64,000 nucleotides of DNA from Octopus sinensis. Its lineage: Eukaryota. Shown here piece after piece: positions 13,998-26,169 of the stretch (the first letter of the stretch is position 1; the number at the start of each line of letters is the position of its first letter). The translations under genes and the position numbers were made by a program. The notes below the pieces were generated by a model. That model was given only the letters and a program-made list of their open reading frames with translations. It searched no databases and was not told the DNA's origin. The stretch lies in assembly GCF_006345805.1 (NCBI RefSeq), contig NC_042998.1, positions 71,176,001 to 71,240,000 on the forward strand, given 5' to 3'.

Positions 13998-15362
13998 GGT
14001 AGAGGGGGAACATATAGTTGCATACATACAGAATCACATACACGTCCACTGGCGCACATAGATAGATACTGCTATACATACACTCTCACACACAAGCTCA
14101 CACTGACACACACACACACACACACAATATATATATATAATCAAACTCATATAAAGAACAATTTATAGTTGGCAATGATGCTGAAGACCTGACATAAAAT
14201 AAGCAATAAATCTAAATCATCAGCCGAAAATGGCGTCGTAAATGGATGTAATATGGGACAAAATTATCCATATAATTCTGAATATTGCTTGATTTGAAGC
14301 TAGATAGTTGCAAATTAAGGTATTTTAAAGATCCTATCAATTCGATACCTGTGATACGATTTACAAAGCAGGCTCGAGCGAAAACTAGCCGTGTGTATGT
14401 TGTGTAACGTGACCCAGTTCGTTTAAACACAAGAGGATTTTCTGTCTTTTTTTTTCTAGAACGAAATATACTGGGTAGTATTGGGCATATTCTTTTTTTT
14501 ATAGTGGGAATGTGATCAGAAAGAATATGATAATGAAAAAATGAGGCTTAAGTATGTTCAAAGTTAATCCATATATGTATAGTTATAGTACGTTTAAGAA
14601 AGAATTTTCATCAGGAATGTTTATTAATTAAACTAAGGACTTTTTACTGAACGGAGTATATAATTTGTTTTACGCCTAATATGTGTCTGGATTAAGTAAT
14701 CATGAAATGATCAAAAACTAAACATCCCGTATAAATGTAGCTCTTAATCTCCGTTTACAGTAAGGATCTCACAGAGAGTAAGTCAAGGGATGGCAATTTT
14801 CTTATGACACATAATCTACAGCTGTAATTCCCAAATATGCCAGCTAAATGACCCTGGAACGTTTTGTGAAGAATTTACGCGAAACAAACATTTACTTTCA
14901 AAAGACTATGAAAAGGTGGTTTCAAAGACAAGATATAGAAAAGCGTTAAAATAGGGATCATGGACTTAGTCTAAATAGCTAGCAATATAATCTAATATAG
15001 TTTTATTAATAATTAGCACACACACACACACGCATATGCACACAAATCTATATATAACAACACACCTATAGAAATGGCAAAATAAATATGAAAAATATGT
15101 GAAATAAAATTCTTTGAACTTAAAATCTTCGAACAGCAGCAGCGTTCGATACAGGTTCGAACTTCGGTCTGCATATACCCAGCAGTAGGAAAGAAATCCT
15201 ATTGTCTTTCAGTTACTGAAATATAGTGCCCATAGATTGCTGGAGTTCTGAATCGTACAGTATCTCAAGGGGCATTACACTTTCAAAAGTTGCTTTAGTC
15301 ATCCATGAAAGATTACATGTCAGGAGGACAGCATGGTGGAATATATATATATATATATATAT

Positions 15363-15618
15363 ATTATATAAAAGGGCTTAGTAAAATAATATTACTTTGC
15401 CGCATACTGAACTCATTAGAAATAGCAGCTAAAAAACTTTTTTAAAGCTATTTCTAATACTTAAAGAAAATCTCTCTCATATATAGTGTTTGCTTAATCA
15501 ACTACAAAAGATTTTCTTTAAGTATTAGAAATAGCTTTAAAAAAGTTTTTTAGCTGCTATTTCTAATGAGTTCAGTATGCGGCAAAGTAATTTATTTTAC
15601 TAAGCCCTTTTATATAAT
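15363..15618. mobile_element. Near-perfect foldback MITE (111/110 bp arms, 35 bp spacer)
   Basis: 15363-15473 vs 15509-15618 differ by a single 1-nt indel; the left end abuts (TA)n. Confidence 0.9.
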
Positions 15619-15706
15619 GTAATAATTTGAATTCGCCTTGAATGGTCCTTTGCATACTGAACACTGGTAAATTGATTAATAATAATTAATTTCGCCCTCA
15701 ATGTTG

Positions 15707-15750
<44 letters not shown>

Positions 15751-15754
15751 ATAT

Positions 15755-15808
<54 letters not shown>

Positions 15809-15894
15809 TTATGTAGCAACATGTGATCTCTTGAGCACCACCAGCAAAATATTTTTTTCCTCTGTCTTCCCTTCTCGGGATTTTCCTTCTCTTT

Positions 15895-15928
15895 GTTTCG
15901 ACGAAGAGCTCCGCTCGAAACGTTTAAC
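15895..15928 (+). ncRNA. Degenerate minimal hammerhead-like motif in a Penelope-type terminal-repeat fragment
   Basis: C-GACGA A GAGC TCC GCTC GAAAC GTT: core lacks the U of CUGA, stem II is perfect. Confidence 0.45.
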
Positions 15929-16303
15929 CCTCCTTCCCTTCTTTCCTGAGCGTCAAATAATACTTTAATTGTTGCACGTCCTCGCGTTGCTGTGTTTTTT
16001 TTCTGTGTTTTCTTGTTTGGATTAACTCTATGTATATATACATAGTTTCAGTAACTACAATCTGATATGCAGTTCTTTACTGTTAAAGGAGTGTTCATCA
16101 ACTACCCTTTTGAACATCTATGGTAGACGAATGTAAAAGGTGCAGCAGCAGTGATGGTGTGGCTCCTTTTGATCATTTGGCTACACAGATTATTACAGAA
16201 TCAAGGCGAGGTACGCATCTGACTGCCCAGTACAGAAAAACTACGACATACCCCAATACACGATCTCTCACACACATATATACACAGACACACGAATATA
16301 TAT

Positions 16304-16380
<77 letters not shown>

Positions 16381-16506
16381 ATATGTATATATGTATATAT
16401 ATATATATATATTATATATATATATACATATATATATACATATTGATAAAAATGGAAAGACAAAAGAATGAAAGAGATCTCGATATCATGTAAATAGAGG
16501 ACTTTT

Positions 16507-16604
16507 ACCCCTAGGCCTGTTTTTCCCTGTGCTTGTGCGTATATAGACGTGTGTATTAAACACGTCTATATACGCACAAGCACAAGGAAAAAACAGGCAT
16601 AAGG

Positions 16605-16606
<2 letters not shown>
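16507..16606. repeat. Isolated hairpin: ~38 bp core stem (16515-16552/16560-16598), 7-nt loop
   Basis: GCCTGTTTTTCCCTGTGCTTGTGCGTATATAGACGTGT pairs with ACACGTCTATATACGCACAAGCACAAGGAAAAAACAGGC (1 gap, 1 mismatch). Confidence 0.85.
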
Positions 16607-16653
<47 letters not shown>

Positions 16654-16859
16654 TATAAAATAGAGATAGGCTTCAAAGAAAAAAGAGTACACGTGGTATA
16701 AATAGGGGAAAAGTAAAAAGAAAGCAGAAAATGCACATTAGATATAAAAAAATAAAGTTCTTTTTTAAGAAAAGCAAAGATATATACATGAAAATTAGAT
16801 TATTTGAGGCTGAATTATGAAGTATATAAATCTTTATTATGAATCATTATAGAGATTTA

Positions 16860-17555
16860 AAATCATACCGGTAGCGTCAGAGCTGCTCACTATCTTTGAA
16901 TGAAACCGATTTCCAAACGGTGTTGTGTCTAATAGTACCTGAATGAAAAGATTACATGCAAGGGAGGTAAGCAATTTTTGATGATGATGTTGAAAGCCTC
17001 ATTGTTTCTAGGGTTGTGTGTAGAGATGTATGGGAATAATTTTAGAGCTGCTGTAGTATTTCGGTTAACTTCCCTTAATGTTTGTATCTCTATTTCCTTC
17101 GCTTGTTTAATCCCATCATTTATTAATGACGTTGCGTAATGTCTCATGATTAGTGTTGATTTATGTTCAAGGAGTCATCGTTCACGAGCATTGGTATCCG
17201 AAACTATGATACAGAATCGTCTATGTCTTTTGAGTGGCATGAGTTCAATAATAGGTATTGTTTTGAATCTGTCTATGGGCTTAAAGAAGATGTCCGTTTC
17301 GATGAGGTTACTGACTATTTTAATTAGGATGTTAAGAAAAGGAAGTTGTATATTTCTGTGTTCCATGGTGAATTGTATGTTGCTATTGGTATTGTTGAGC
17401 ATTATTTTGAAATCGGGAAATTTGTCCATGATATCATTCTAAAGTATAAAGCAATCATCTAAGTAACTCTTCCATTTCTCCTTTGAATAGCAATGAAATG
17501 AAGTACCATATTTTTGTAGTGATGATTGCCATATGTCAAGTTGTAGATAACCCAT
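16860..17555 (-). mobile_element. Penelope-like element, RT C-terminal fragment
   Basis: KWKSYLDDCFIL*NDIMDKFPDFKIMLNNTNSNIQFTMEHRNIQLPFLNILI..IETDIFFKP and RHYATSLINDGIKQAKEI..FPYISTHNPRN match PLE RT/thumb motifs (YxDD, I.FT.E, LPFLD, YxKPT). Confidence 0.8.
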
Positions 17556-17665
17556 GTAACGGGTTAATATATATATATATATAATATATTATATATATAT
17601 ATAATATATATAGAAATACTAAATTTGTAATCTAATCTCGTAGAGACATGTACGGTGGTGGGGCG

Positions 17666-17832
17666 ATAGAATGGTTGTATACTGTCGATCTAACACGAAC
17701 GTGACAGTAGGGGGGTACACCACCGCTGTATAGCCCTAGGAAGCCACCAGAAGGCGTTGATGCTTCCTAGGGCTATACAGTGGTGGTGTACCCTCCTACT
17801 GTCAGGTTCGTGTTAGATTGACAGTATACAAC

Positions 17833-17840
<8 letters not shown>
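17666..17840. mobile_element. Foldback MITE (79 bp arms, 17 bp spacer)
   Basis: 17666-17744 vs 17762-17840: 4 mismatches in 79 nt; the right end runs into (TA)n. Confidence 0.9.
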
Positions 17841-17873
<33 letters not shown>

Positions 17874-18299
17874 TGTGTGTGTGTGTGTGTGTGAATCTGT
17901 TTTTGTTTAAAATGACTATTGAGTAGATACGTAGAGTGCAGTACTTAATTACTTGCGAGTTTACGCGGCAAGCCAGCGTTGTTTGATTCGACAACACGAA
18001 CTGGGTGACAAGTCACCCTACATCAAAGCCATAGTAAAAATCAGTGCCAGCGGGAAAACTCTGCCGATTGATAACGTTATAGCTACCTCTTTACACTGTC
18101 GTTACTACCACTATCAACACGCATTTGGTTCTTTTCGCTTTCAAAATATTTTGACTTTCGGGGTGACGTAGCAAGTCACTCTCTCTCTCTCTCTCTTTCT
18201 CCTATCTCTATTTCTCTCTTTCGTCCCCCCCCTCTCTCTCTCTCACTCTCTCTCTCTTACTGTTTCGCATCTGTGGGCGTATATGTATATATATATATA

Positions 18300-18345
<46 letters not shown>

Positions 18346-18381
18346 ATATATATATATATATATATATCTATATATATATTT

Positions 18382-18462
<81 letters not shown>

Positions 18463-18493
18463 ATATAATATATATATAATATATATATATATA

Positions 18494-18548
<55 letters not shown>

Positions 18549-18625
18549 TATATTATATATATAATATATATAGCTTAGTAATCTCTGATCAAGAAGTAAA
18601 CCGTATCAATACGGAATCATAACAT

Positions 18626-18754
18626 ATAATTGCCAACAAGCGTGGAGTCCTATAGAAGACAGTGCTACTGACCTTATAGCCCCAGGAAGGACATGTCTTC
18701 CTGGGGTTAAAGCACTGTCCTGTATAGGACAACACATTTGGTTGGCAACTATAT
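18626..18754. repeat. Imperfect palindrome / small foldback element
   Basis: TTGCCAAC..GTCCTATAG..GACAGTGCT..CCCCAGGAAG mirrored by CTTCCTGGGG..AGCACTGTC..TATAGGAC..GTTGGCAA; self-complementary centre GACATGTC; TA-rich ends. Confidence 0.7.
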
Positions 18755-18997
18755 ATATATATATATATTATATATCCATACATAATATATATGTGCGTGT
18801 GTGCGCGCGCATGTGTGTATGTATTACTCATGCGCATTTATATAAACACAACAGCTCTACCGTCAAAAATTATGATGGTGTTTGTCATCAAATAATATTG
18901 ATCGTTATGTTTATGGTGATGATAATGCTGGTGCTGTTGTTGTTGTTGTTGTTGGTGGTGATATTTAATGCTCAAGTTGATGATACAGGTGGCTGTG

Positions 18998-19720
18998 ATA
19001 GTAAAATATAATGATGATGGTGATGATGATGATGATGATGATGATGATGAGGATGATGATGATGTATTGATTAAATTTCTGTTGTTTGTTGTGAGATAGA
19101 TTTGATGAAGATATCGATAATGATAATGATGTTTGTGGTGCACGTGATTCTGGTTGAGCTGAATGCTACATCATCATTACAACAGCACCACCACCGCCAC
19201 CATCCCACTCCCATCCCCACCCCACCACTATCATCATCATCATCATCATCATCATCACCATCATCATCATCATCGATATGAGTTACAAATAGTAAATATG
19301 CTGCGATGATCACCTATGGCTGCCTCTCCTACCGCTTTAAGCTAAAATTCCGTCAATAAGCTTCATCTCTTTCAATAATACCACCTCTACTAATGGTACG
19401 ACCACCATCACAACCACGACCACTATCACCACCGCCGCCACTACAACCACCAGCACCAACACCAACACCAGCACTCTCACCAAAACCATCACCACCACCA
19501 CCACCACCACCACACCACCACCACCACCAAAACCACCACCACCACCACCACCACCACCACCACCACCACTACCACCACTACCACCACCACAACCGACAAC
19601 AACAACAACGAAAACAACAAAAACAACACACACCCCACTGCCACCACCACTGCAAACATCCCTGCCGCTGCACTCCCGTCGCCTCATCGTCGCATATATC
19701 ACCACTACTCAACACCTACT
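18998..19720. repeat. (GAT)n, (CAT)n, (CAC)n and (CAA)n trinucleotide low-complexity block
   Basis: Directly visible; gives the poly-His/Pro/Gly ORFs. Confidence 0.85.
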
Positions 19721-20339
19721 GCCAACACAGCGGCCGTCACCGCCACAAAATGCACAATGAAATGTTCTAAAAAAAATATTCCAGTCGATTTTTATAGCAG
19801 TTTAAAAGCTTTTGTAGTGTTGAATACATATTGATTTTTGTATGGTTTACCCTACGTTGTTTTCCTAACTCTTCTTCTTTCTGATATTATCAGACAGTTT
19901 ATAGTAATTTGCCTTCTTTTCACAGCAATATTTTCCTCGCGGCGTGTGAAGTGCATTTTAATGTCTCTCCATACTCTCTTTCAAGAAAAAAAAAAGGATA
20001 AAAATAAAGAAGAAAACTATCTCTTTTCTACTGCTTCTCTCAATTTTCCTCATTCTCCTTCTGATTTCTCTGTTGCTCTACAAGATGACGATACAAAGTA
20101 TTCGCCTGAAGATATATATATATGGATTTAAATATTCATAGTCATGTTTTAATTAAGATATTTATCTGTGCTTGGTAGTGCTTTATAATATCAGAGGAGC
20201 GTGGTATTATAATTTAACAAGTTTGTTATTACAATGCAACTCACATTGATATTTCGATGGAAAATATTCATATGAAGTTATTAGAGAAAATAAAAAGAAG
20301 TGAAATAAAATATATTACTGTTATTGAAACAACTATGTG

Positions 20340-20522
20340 TGTACGAATGTGAGGATGCATATACATACATATATACATGTATGTATGTGTATATATATGT
20401 ATATATGTGTAGATATATGTATGTATTTGTATATATATATATATGTGTATATATATATGTATATATATATATACGAATATTCTTATATACATTTGTACAT
20501 ACACGTATGCATATATACATGC

Positions 20523-20554
<32 letters not shown>

Positions 20555-20754
20555 GTATATATAAACAAAGTATGTATAAGCATATATGTGTGCATGTAAA
20601 ATATACTTTTGTAAGATATATATATATATATATACATGTATATGTATATATATATATACACATATGCAAATATATACATGCACAAGTACATGCATTTCTA
20701 TCTACATGTGTATATACTGACTTACATAGAAGCACACACGCACAGATACACACG

Positions 20755-20789
<35 letters not shown>

Positions 20790-20922
20790 CACATATACAT
20801 ACGCCTGCGTATTTCTGCTTACATTTCTGTATCTGTGTATCTATGTCTATGAATGCGTATGAAGCTATGTATGCATGTGTGTGTGTTTGTCTGCGTGTTT
20901 TTGCGTGTATTTGTGTGTTTGT

Positions 20923-21019
<97 letters not shown>

Positions 21020-21020
21020 C
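20340..21020. repeat. (TA)/(TG)-rich low-complexity block ending in (GA)n
   Basis: Directly visible. Confidence 0.9.
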
Positions 21021-21343
21021 CTTGTATGTGATAGGCATACAGGAAATTGTTTGAATATTAAAATATTAATGAAGAAATTAAGAAAACATATATATCAAAT
21101 GTCTGCAATATGTGATTTCTCATAGTTTTTATTTTACAAATTTCACGTTCGAGAAAAAAATAGAATAGAATAAAATAAAATAAAATAAAATAAAATAAAA
21201 TGAAATAAAATAAAATTACTGTAATGTCTTTTCTGAATATACTTTTTCATGAATCTAACGATTTTCTTTATTACAACTTTTCTCCAACTTGTTCCACTCT
21301 CCATCTACATTTCTCAGCAAAGCAGACACACACGCGTGAACAC

Positions 21344-21395
<52 letters not shown>

Positions 21396-22167
21396 ACAGA
21401 GTCATACACACACACACATAGTCATACACACACACACTCACATAGACAAACACGCACGCACGCACGCACACACACACATATACATGCAAAAACAGGCATG
21501 TATATATTAACATCCATATACATAAATACATGTCTATGCATGCACATGTGTTCAAACATGTACCTATATGCATATACGTATTTATGCGTTTATACATTCA
21601 TGTGTGTGTGTGTGTATGTGGATGTGTGTTTGAGAGAGAGGGCGATTTTCTTTAATCTGGTTGAATCGTAAAAGTACTCAATGGTATAGCGGCTTTTCTG
21701 TTCTATTAATATATGTAATCTCTGGAGCGTTCACTCCATGCCAGTGTTTCCAATAAGTTGATCAGTATTGAATTAATTTCTACAGAACGAAGCCTGATCC
21801 AAGCTGAAATATAGAGAAACTGAGCATGGATACTGGGCAGGAAAAAAAGAAAGAAGTTTACTCTGTAATCACTTTGTTGCAGTTTCACACCCACTGCACC
21901 CGACCCTTGTGCAAATGTCGATCGTGTGAGGGAATTTTGGAAACGAAAACTGTACGGCAGGCAATCGCACACATACGCAAACACACACACATACACACAC
22001 ACAGACGCATATTTACATATCTATCTATCTATCTATCTATCTATCTACACATACATACGTACATACATACATACATACATACTACATACATACATACATA
22101 CATACATACACACATGCACACATGCATACATACATACATACATACATACATACATTCATACATACAG

Positions 22168-22363
22168 CTGAGGATTGCTCTGCATTTAAACTGATTTAAT
22201 GGTTGCATTGTTCAATTAAATGGAGTTGCTTGATACGATCGTACTGCATTACCTCTGGATATCTTTGTTGTTTAGTTTGATTCTAATCACCTTATTTTGA
22301 AATTTTATGGATAATAGCGTATTAAATTCCGGTGCCTCAACTTAAGTACCGCATTCATCTGAA
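22168..22363. mobile_element. Solo terminal-repeat copy of the long-TIR element at 55740-56900
   Basis: GTTCAATTAAATGGAG..GATCGTACTGCATTACCTCTGGATATC..TAGTTTGATTCTAATCACCTTATTTTGAA..CAACTTAAG..ATTCATCTGAA aligns to the reverse complement of 55740-55935. Confidence 0.7.
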
Positions 22364-22941
22364 AATAAACTTTTGCTCAACTCATATACTACACATACAT
22401 GCACACACACACACACACATACACACACACGCACACACACACACACACATACACACACATACACACACACACATACACACACATATATATATATACCAAA
22501 TGAGAGAGAGAACACATAGGGGAAGGGAGGTGTGGGAGAGAGTAAATGTTTATTACATCTGTTGAAGGCAGTTTCATTCTCTTGTCTGTTATACAAAAGC
22601 TATTACATCAATACCAATACATAAAATTATAAAGTGTACACGCACAAACATATATGGATAAATATATATGCTTGTTTGTACCCAATTATAGAATGATGCT
22701 AATGTTGGAACCAATAAACTAAACCTCAAAACGATATATTGTAGCAGAATGCTGCAACATTACTACAGGGATTGAGCTAGTTCTCTCTCTATATATATTA
22801 ACAGATAATAGATGCACCCAGCATGTTGCCATTTATGATTTGCTTAAAGAGAGTAATGGTAATGGAACAATACAAATCCAGAAGAAGAAGCAGTATGTGA
22901 CTACAGTAAACTAAATCACAAATAACCAGGTGTTAAATAAT

Positions 22942-23144
22942 CCTTTCTACTGTAGGCACATGGCCTGAAATATTATGAAGAGGGCATAAGTCGATTAGAT
23001 TGGCCTCAGTGTTTCACTGGTACCTAATTTATCGACCCCGAAAGGATGAAAGGCAAAGTTGATCTACGCGGAATTTGAACTCCGAACGTAACGACGGACA
23101 GAATGCCAATAGCATTCGGCCTGATGCGTTAACGATTTTGCGAG
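22942..23144 (-). mobile_element. SINE (family with GACCCCGAAAGGATGAAAGGCAAAG core)
   Basis: Core TTTATCGACCCCGAAAGGATGAAAGGCAAAGTTGA..GGAATTTGAACTC (B-box complement); related copies at 24096, 35300, 36672 and 58573. Confidence 0.75.
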
Positions 23145-24095
23145 GCTTCGAAGAAAGACATTGGTTCTAAGATAGTTCTAATTTCCAGTGGGAGGTAGGC
23201 TGAGAAGTCTAGTATTAATTTAGGTGAATAAATAAATAAAGTAAACTATATAATATAAAAAATCATGTGGTCAGTATGAAGAGAAGAACGTGGGGGGTAA
23301 GCAAAATATAGTTTAGAAGAAAGGTCAGGGGCATCAGTTGTTGGAGTTTCACACCCTGCTGGTTTTGAGGTATTGCAACGCTTGTAGAATATTAATAAGG
23401 CATCAATTACATAGGTAATGTGAATACGCACACGGAAACTTCCACGCATGGTCTTTCTCTCATACGTGAGTATATCACATACCGTCATGCACACACACAC
23501 GGGAGTGACTCAAGTTTCGAGTGTTTCGTGCATTAGCAGTTATCAAACGTTTTTGCATCACCAACCTTACGCGCACACACACACGCACACACACACACAC
23601 ACATACACACACATACACACACACACATACACACACATATATATATATACCAAATGAGAGAGAGAACACATAGGGGAAGGGAGGTGTGGGAGAGAGTAAA
23701 TGTTTATTACATCTGTTGAAGGCAGTTTCATTCTCTTGTCTGTTATACAAAAGCTATTACATCAATACCAATACATAAAATTATAAAGTGTACACGCACA
23801 AACATATATGGATAAATATATATGCTTGTTTGTACCCAATTATAGAATGATGCTAATGTTGGAACCAATAAACTAAACCTCAAAACGATATATTGTAGCA
23901 GAATGCTGCAACATTACTACAGGGATTGAGCTAGTTCTCTCTCTATATATATTAACAGATAATAGATGCACCCAGCATGTTGCCATTTATGATTTGCTTA
24001 AAGAGAGTAATGGTAATGGAACAATACAAATCCAGAAGAAGAAGCAGTATGTGACTACAGTAAACTAAATCACAAATAACCAGGTGTTAAATAAT

Positions 24096-24298
24096 CCTTT
24101 CTACTGTAGGCACATGGCCTGAAATATTATGAAGAGGGCATAAGTCGATTAGATTGGCCTCAGTGTTTCACTGGTACCTAATTTATCGACCCCGAAAGGA
24201 TGAAAGGCAAAGTTGATCTACGCGGAATTTGAACTCCGAACGTAACGACGGACAGAATGCCAATAGCATTCGGCCTGATGCGTTAACGATTTTGCGAG
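24096..24298 (-). mobile_element. SINE (duplicated copy of 22942-23144)
   Basis: Same sequence within the second duplication unit. Confidence 0.75.
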
Positions 24299-25031
24299 GC
24301 TTCGAAGAAAGACATTGGTTCTAAGATAGTTCTAATTTCCAGTGGGAGGTAGGCTGAGAAGTCTAGTATTAATTTAGGTGAATAAATAAATAAAGTAAAC
24401 TATATAATATAAAAAATCATGTGGTCAGTATGAGAGAAGAACTTGGGGGGTAAGCAAAATATAGTTTAGAAGAAAGGTCAGGGGCATCAGTTTTGGAGTT
24501 TCACACCCTGCTGGTTTTGAGGTATTGCAACGCTTGTAGAATATTAATAAGGCATCAATTACATAGGTAATGTGAATACGCACACGGAAACTTCCACGCA
24601 TGGTCTTTCTCTCATACGTGAGTATTATCACATACCGTCATGCACACACACACGGGAGTGACTCAAGTTTCGAGTGTTTCGTGCATTAGCAGTTATCAAA
24701 CGTTTGCATCACCAAACCTACGCGCACACACACACGCACACACACACACACACACACATACACATACCTTGTTCTGCAGAAGAACCGTTGCGTATATGCA
24801 TGCAAATACACTAACGCCCACTGCAGAAAATGCAACTATCCACAATGGAAGAACATGCGTAGAATTTAAAGGGATATAAACCATGTTTTGGGTTTATTCT
24901 ATTTCTCTTTCTTCTATATTTGCTCTGTATGTCATAACTCGTATTATTTCTAAGAACAGTACTAATCGTACCCGCTTCCTTCATGTAGACTGGATGTATA
25001 TCCATCCATCCATCCATCCATCTATCCATCC

Positions 25032-25119
<88 letters not shown>

Positions 25120-25407
25120 GTGTGGTAACAAGCTCGCTATTCAAATACACGATGCCGAGTTTGGCCCACGACATGGATCCTAATTGTAACTCATATTCTG
25201 TGTTTACTAAATAATTGTAAATATATATATATAAATACCACTGTTTGCCCACCACCACTGCTTCACAACGGGCTTTGTATGTTTACGTGCTAGGTAACCT
25301 GCTGCTTCGACGAAAGGTCTCGATAGAATAAATACCAGGCTTTAAAAAATATATTATTTACATTATTTACATTTTACGGATATTTATCCTCAACTACTTT
25401 GTTGTTT

Positions 25408-25431
25408 ACACAAAATTTCGATCTTCATCAG
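25408..25431 (-). ncRNA. Reduced hammerhead-like core
   Basis: Reverse complement CTGATGA A GATC GAAATT TTGTGT: stem II collapsed; probably inactive. Confidence 0.35.
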
Positions 25432-25631
25432 GTAATCTCGAACCTAGGTTCTCATAGCTGAGTACTTTTCGATGTTGTTGTGGTTGTTGGTCTTCTTCTT
25501 CTTCTTCTTCTTTTCTCTTATCTTCTTCTTCTTCTTCTTCTTCTTCTTCTTCTTCTCTTCTTCTTCTTCTTCTCTTCTTCTTCTCGTCTTCTTCTTCTTC
25601 TTCTTCTTCTTCTCTTCTTCTTCTTATCTTA

Positions 25632-25675
<44 letters not shown>

Positions 25676-25778
25676 CATTCTTCTTCTTCTTCTTCTTTTT
25701 CTTCTTCTTCTTCTTCTTCTTCTTCTTCTCCTTCTTCTTCTTCTTCTTCTTCTTATTATTATTATTATTGTTATTATT

Positions 25779-26058
25779 CCTAACTCAGATTCCAGGAAAC
25801 CCAAAATGGCAGAAATTTAAAAAGATAGTGCTCATGGGAACTGCTCATATCCTACGCAAAATACTTTCTATGTAATCACAAGTTTTAAAACAAACATAAT
25901 TTTCGTATGATTCTTTTAGACATTCACTAGTACAACACTAAGTACAAAACCAAATATATGGCATAACACCAACATGAACTTCCAACTTGTTGTCTCTTGA
26001 GGTCTCTGGGTGAGACTTGGAGGCAGCTTGTGCAAATTTAAAGCAAAAGTCAAACAAA
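25779..26058 (+). mobile_element. R4/Dong-clade non-LTR retrotransposon, extreme 3' end plus 3' UTR
   Basis: LTQIPGNPKMAEI*KIVLMGTAHILRKILSM* matches the C-terminal G(T/S)AHILR(K/R) motif of RLE-type LINEs; ends in (AAT)n. Confidence 0.7.
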
Positions 26059-26123
26059 ATAATAATAATAATAACATCGAAAAATATGTTAGGAATGAGA
26101 ACCCAGGTTCGAAATTTCCCCAA

Positions 26124-26169
26124 GACACCTGATGAAGGCTGGAGGGTATATCAGCCGAAACGTTGTCTT
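26124..26169 (+). ncRNA. Minimal type I hammerhead ribozyme motif
   Basis: GACAC CTGATGA A GGCTG GAGGGTATAT CAGCC GAAAC GTT GTCTT (one stem I mismatch). Confidence 0.7.

Larger units (their letters stand above)
22421..24730. repeat. Tandem duplication, unit ~1154 bp (22421-23574 / 23575-24730), bounded by (CA)n arrays
   Basis: Anchors at offset 1154 (CCAAATGAGAG at 22496/23650; GTTGAAGGCA at 22561/23715) and 1153 near the end. Confidence 0.95.

Noticed and set aside
16127-16210. Possible 84-nt symmetric exon (AG|ACGAATG...GGCGAG|GTACGC; [27 protein letters not shown])
   Set aside because: The acceptor lacks a polypyrimidine tract, the peptide is unrecognised and no partner exons were found; needs RNA-seq.
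19393-19770. Pro/His/Gln-rich 125-aa ORF resembling an extensin or transcription-factor tract
   Set aside because: It lies entirely in (CAC)n/(CAA)n degenerate repeats and is also open on the other strand; no splice or domain support.
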